A stretch of DNA of 40,206 nucleotides from a candidate division WOR-3 bacterium. GTDB taxonomy: Bacteria > Hydrothermota > Hydrothermia > B15-G9. Below, one piece after another: positions 36,618 to 40,206 of this stretch. Made by a program: the position numbers and the translations under genes. Within the stretch, counting starts at the first letter, position 1, and every line of letters begins with the position of its first letter. Where the stretch lies: positions 1-40,206 of the forward strand of contig JALVZN010000032.1 of NCBI GenBank assembly GCA_027037615.1, written 5' to 3'. Under the pieces are notes generated by a model. That model had not been told where the DNA came from and made no database searches. It was given only the letters and a program-made list of their open reading frames with translations.

Positions 36618-38816
36618 TCAAGCTGGCTCAAGGGTTGGTTCCTTCTCAACGATTTTGTATGCCTCGATGATGTCGCCCGGCTTGATCTTGTCAAATCCTT
36701 CGATCTTTATCCCGCATTCGTATCCTGCCTGGACTTCCTTCACATCGTCCTTAAATCGTTTCAGCGACTCGATCTTGCCGTCAAAGATCACCTCGCCATC
36801 CCGCCTGACTTTGACAAAAGCATTTCTCTCTATCACGCCGTTCAGGACATAGCATCCGGCGACGGTTCCGCCCTTCGAGATCTTGAATGTCTGCCTTACT
36901 TCGGCCTGTCCGATGACAACCTCCTCTTTCTGAGGTTCGAGTAAGCCTTTGAGAATGTCCTTGATGTCGTTGAGCAGGTCGTAGATGACCTTGTATTGCT
37001 TGATGAGGATGCCCCTCGATTTTGCGGCAGCTCTTGCACGGGCATCCACACCCGTGTTAAATGCCACGATAATGGCGTCCGCCGTGTCAGCAAGGAGAAC
37101 ATCGGACTCGGACACCTTTCCGACGCCGTAGTGGAGCACCTCAACTTTGACCTTCTGGTATTTCATTCGAGAGAGCGCGTCGTGGATTGCCTGCACCGAG
37201 CCCTGAGTATCGCCTTTGATGATAACGAGCAGCTGTTTCCTCTCGCCTCGCTCGATCTCCTCCATGATCTCCTTAACCCTATCCTCGACCGATTTGGAGA
37301 CGGAGCGACCTTTAAGCTTCTCTTTGTTCGCTTCCGCAAGCTCGCGCGCCTTGCGGTCGGATTCGACAACCCTCAATATGCTTCCCGCCTGAGGCACCTC
37401 CTCAAATCCCTGAATGAGTGCCGGCAGACCGGGCGTCACCTCTTTGATCCTCTGATCGAACTCGTCGTAGAGTGCGCGAACCTTTCCGTAAGTCACGCCA
37501 GCGACGAAGTGGTCGCCGACCTTGAGTGTGCCCTGTTTTACGATCACCGCACCCATAGGCCCGCGTCCACTATCGAGTTTGGACTCAAGGACAACCGCCC
37601 TCGCCGGCCCATCGTAAGGTGCCTTGAGATCGAGCTCCTCGGCCTTAACCACGATGGCCGTGAGCAGGTCATCGATGTTGGTGCCTTCCAGAGCGGAGAT
37701 CTGGACGACTATCGTGTTACCGCCCCACTCCTCAGGCACAAGCCCGTGCTCGGTAAGCTGTGTCATCACCTTCTGCGGATCAGCGTTGGGCCTATCGATC
37801 TTGTTGATTGCCACGATGATGGGCACACCAGCGGCGCGCGCGTGGTTTATGGCCTCAACCGTCTGTGGCATCACGCCATCGTCAGCTGCGACCACAAGGA
37901 CGACAATGTCAGTGACCTGAGCGCCTCTCGCCCTCAGAGCTGTAAACGCTTCATGGCCAGGGGTATCGATAAAAGTTATGATGTGGCCATCGTATTCCAC
38001 CTTGTAAGCACCTATGCTCTGGGTTATCCCGCCACTTTCGCGCTTGGCTATGTTGGATTTGCGCAGGTAGTCCAACAGAGTGGTCTTTCCATGATCAACA
38101 TGTCCCATCACCGTCACAACAGGCGGCCTCGGCTTCAAATCGCCTTCGGAAACAGCTTCCAGCTCCTCCATCGCCTCCTCGGTCTCTTCCTCAACCTCAA
38201 GCTCATATCCGTATTCCGCTGCGATGATGCTCATCGTGTCTTCGTCAAGGGTCTGGTTGATGGTGGCAGGGACACCCTGATTGGCAAGGAATGTTATAAC
38301 CTCTGTGGGACTTACACCGATAATGTCGGCAAACTGGCGCAGCGGCAACGGGCCGGGCACCACAATCACATTATCCTCTTCAATGACCTCGGTCTCCTGC
38401 TGCACCCTCCTCCGTTTCCGCTTTGTGGTTCTTTTAGAAAGGGTCTCTTTGATCCTCCTATCGACGGTGCTTTCATCTATTTTGTGGCGCTTTCTCGGAG
38501 CACGCCTGTCGGATTTCTCTTTGCCCTCACTCCAGATCTTTTTCTTCCTCTCAAGGCTTTTCTGGTGCTCTTTTTTCTCTTTTTCGATCCTCTCCCGTAT
38601 AGCCTCTTCCATCTCTTTGTTTACGGGACTGACAGACGAACGAACCTTATAGCCAAGCTCTGCAAGCAAAGAAATTAAAGTTTTGGTGGACAATCCTAAT
38701 TCATTTGCAAGATCGGTAACCCTTTTGGGCTTGCGTCTCTTTTTTTTGTTTCTAAAGGGCGGCTTTCCCCCTTTCCTCTGAGGTGGGCGCCCTTTCTTCC
38801 TTCTACCGTCACTCAT
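36618..38816 (-). CDS. infB: Translation initiation factor IF-2
   Basis: Basic N-terminus. G-domain [25 protein letters not shown] and NKID. C-terminal domains are present. Its start overlaps the nusA stop (ATGA). Confidence 0.95.
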   Translation of the reverse strand: MSDGRRKKGRPPQRKGGKPPFRNKKKRRKPKRVTDLANELGLSTKTLISLLAELGYKVRSSVSPVNKEMEEAIRERIEKEKKEHQKSLERKKKIWSEGKEKSDRRAPRKRHKIDESTVDRRIKETLSKRTTKRKRRRVQQETEVIEEDNVIVVPGPLPLRQFADIIGVSPTEVITFLANQGVPATINQTLDEDTMSIIAAEYGYELEVEEETEEAMEELEAVSEGDLKPRPPVVTVMGHVDHGKTTLLDYLRKSNIAKRESGGITQSIGAYKVEYDGHIITFIDTPGHEAFTALRARGAQVTDIVVLVVAADDGVMPQTVEAINHARAAGVPIIVAINKIDRPNADPQKVMTQLTEHGLVPEEWGGNTIVVQISALEGTNIDDLLTAIVVKAEELDLKAPYDGPARAVVLESKLDSGRGPMGAVIVKQGTLKVGDHFVAGVTYGKVRALYDEFDQRIKEVTPGLPALIQGFEEVPQAGSILRVVESDRKARELAEANKEKLKGRSVSKSVEDRVKEIMEEIERGERKQLLVIIKGDTQGSVQAIHDALSRMKYQKVKVEVLHYGVGKVSESDVLLADTADAIIVAFNTGVDARARAAAKSRGILIKQYKVIYDLLNDIKDILKGLLEPQKEEVVIGQAEVRQTFKISKGGTVAGCYVLNGVIERNAFVKVRRDGEVIFDGKIESLKRFKDDVKEVQAGYECGIKIEGFDKIKPGDIIEAYKIVEKEPTLEPA

Positions 38817-40048
38817 ACAGCCTCCTTCTTTTTGGCCTCAAGTTTCTCCTCGATATTGGCGAGGATTTTCATGGCCAATTCTTCGGGTATATCAGCGGAG
38901 ATAACCTCCGACAGGGTCGGCACATCCTTGAAGACATAAAGGCCAGCCCTTCTGAGTTTCTCCATTGTCTCGTCATCCAGATCGAGATCGAGTATCGTGA
39001 CGACCTTCGGCGCACCCTTATACTCGGAGAGCGGCTGCACCATGATCTCTTTTCCAACAAGTCGCGATGCGAGGATGACATTCTGCGCCTCTTTGCCTTT
39101 GGCCTCAGCGACATGCTCGTCCGGAACCACGACAAAAAGCTTATCGTCTGCCTCATAGACCGTGAGGATTTGAGCCGGTGACATGGCGTTTACGGCAAAA
39201 CGGAGCAAGTCAGGGTCCCATCTCACCACATCTATCTTCTCGCCGAAGAGTTCCTTTGTGATCGGCTGAATCCTTGTGCCCTTAAGCCCGATACATGCCC
39301 CGACGGCATCGATCCTCGGGTCTTTCGACCTCACCGCCACCTTGGCGCGCTTGCCGGGTATGCGCTCGACGGCGCGTATCTCGACCGTGCCTTCAGCGAC
39401 CTCAGGTATCTCATGCTCAAGCAGTTTCCTCAGGAAATCTGGATGTGTGCGCGAGAGTATGATCTGTGGGCGTCCCCGTCTCGGCTCGGTAACCCTGAGT
39501 ATCAACGCCCTGATGTTGCCGCCCTGCTTGTATTTCTCGCCCTTAATCTGCTCTTCAGGCGGCAGAAGCGCCTCAGCACGCCCAAGTCCAACATAAACGC
39601 CCGTCTTATCAACCTTCTGAATCATGCCAGTTATCAAGTCGCCAACACGCTCCTGAAAGTCCTTGTAAATGTGCTGCCGTTCTTCCTCACGGATGCGTTG
39701 CATGAAGATGTTCTGAATCCTGTAAACCATGCTCCTGCCGAAACTCGACAGAGGCACCTCAATCAATATCTTCCTGCCCTCAATTGCGCCTTCAGGATCA
39801 ATCTTTCTGGCTTCCTCTATGGAAATCTGACGGTCAGGGTCAATAACCTCTTTCACGATCTCCTTCTGGATATAGATGTGCAGGTCACCCCTACGCGGAT
39901 CTATCTCAACTTCTATCGGGTAATCCAGTCCCCTCTTCTTTTTCACCGTTGACAGGATGGCATCCCGCAGGGTCCTGACCACAAAATCCCTGTCAAGACG
40001 CCGCCTTCTTGTTATCAAGTTTATAAGTTCAACGATCTCACTGCCCAT
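38813..40048 (-). CDS. nusA: Transcription termination/antitermination factor NusA
   Basis: S1 and KH regions (GDLITGMIQKVDKTGVYVGLG; RAKVAVRSKDPRIDAVGACIGLKGTRIQ). The ATG at 40048 sits 8 nt after GGAGAG, with an alternative GTG at 40057. Confidence 0.92.
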   Translation of the reverse strand: MGSEIVELINLITRRRRLDRDFVVRTLRDAILSTVKKKRGLDYPIEVEIDPRRGDLHIYIQKEIVKEVIDPDRQISIEEARKIDPEGAIEGRKILIEVPLSSFGRSMVYRIQNIFMQRIREEERQHIYKDFQERVGDLITGMIQKVDKTGVYVGLGRAEALLPPEEQIKGEKYKQGGNIRALILRVTEPRRGRPQIILSRTHPDFLRKLLEHEIPEVAEGTVEIRAVERIPGKRAKVAVRSKDPRIDAVGACIGLKGTRIQPITKELFGEKIDVVRWDPDLLRFAVNAMSPAQILTVYEADDKLFVVVPDEHVAEAKGKEAQNVILASRLVGKEIMVQPLSEYKGAPKVVTILDLDLDDETMEKLRRAGLYVFKDVPTLSEVISADIPEELAMKILANIEEKLEAKKKEAV

Positions 40049-40053
40049 TTTTC

Positions 40054-40206
40054 TCACTCTCCAATTTCATCAAGTTGTATTTTCAAAATTTCATCCCTTG
40101 CGAAAGACTGAACATCTCCAGCCCTGTCGATCTCAATCAGCTCATCGGTCACTTTCGACAAAACGCCCCGTCTTTCGCCTTTAAGTGTGATAATTCTCAC
40201 CTTCTT
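40054..40206 (-). CDS. rimP: Ribosome maturation factor RimP, C-terminal 50 codons (5' end outside the window)
   Basis: Open frame from the window edge: KKVRIITLKGERRGVLSKVTDELIEIDRAGDVQSFARDEILKIQLDEIGE*. It sits immediately upstream of nusA. Confidence 0.65.
   Translation of the reverse strand, partial: KKVRIITLKGERRGVLSKVTDELIEIDRAGDVQSFARDEILKIQLDEIGE

Noticed and set aside
36996-38678. A 560-aa ORF on the + strand.
   Set aside because: It lies entirely antisense to infB, whose product has unmistakable IF-2 motifs. The antisense translation is low-complexity (Leu/Arg/His/Asp-rich) with no motif or SD. It is a shadow ORF caused by codon bias.

Overview
This window is a gene-dense chromosomal segment, roughly nine-tenths coding, from a Gram-negative-type bacterium. 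One protein carries a T9SS-style C-terminal sorting domain, which suggests an FCB-superphylum-like, probably uncultivated lineage (inference). All calls come from reading motifs by eye; no alignments or searches were run.

Most content is housekeeping:
- pth, DUF721-gyrB, lysS, rpmA, tRNA-Lys(UUU), murJ and udk
- a Cys/Met-family PLP enzyme
- an AIR-synthase-like/DUF3467/class-I amidotransferase group
- a fused B12-type radical SAM/DUF2344 protein
- a YjbQ-family protein
- a rimP-nusA-infB-DUF503 operon that runs straight into ptsH-ptsI

I saw no CRISPR array, rRNA, transposase, integrase or recognisable defence gene. I cannot point to one clear-cut novel system.

The items most worth a second look are:
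1. A translationally coupled orphan lipoprotein plus PorV/FadL-like beta-barrel pair (6662-10038).
2. A 1.2-kb AT-rich, almost non-coding patch with mutually overlapping small ORFs (4446-5622).
3. A DUF349-like protein built from exact 77-aa (231-nt) tandem units behind an unassigned N-terminal domain (18365-20137).
4. A signal-peptide-less double amidase_3 protein whose second domain has lost its zinc ligands, coupled to an Eis-like GNAT and co-oriented with rpmA (23626-27397).
5. A gingipain-like secreted protein that reads Gln where the catalytic His is expected (652-654).
6. HPr/Enzyme I embedded in the nusA-infB operon with no EII genes, only an unassigned 8-TM protein downstream.

Several very long ORFs in the track (up to 560 aa) are antisense shadows of real genes and were rejected.
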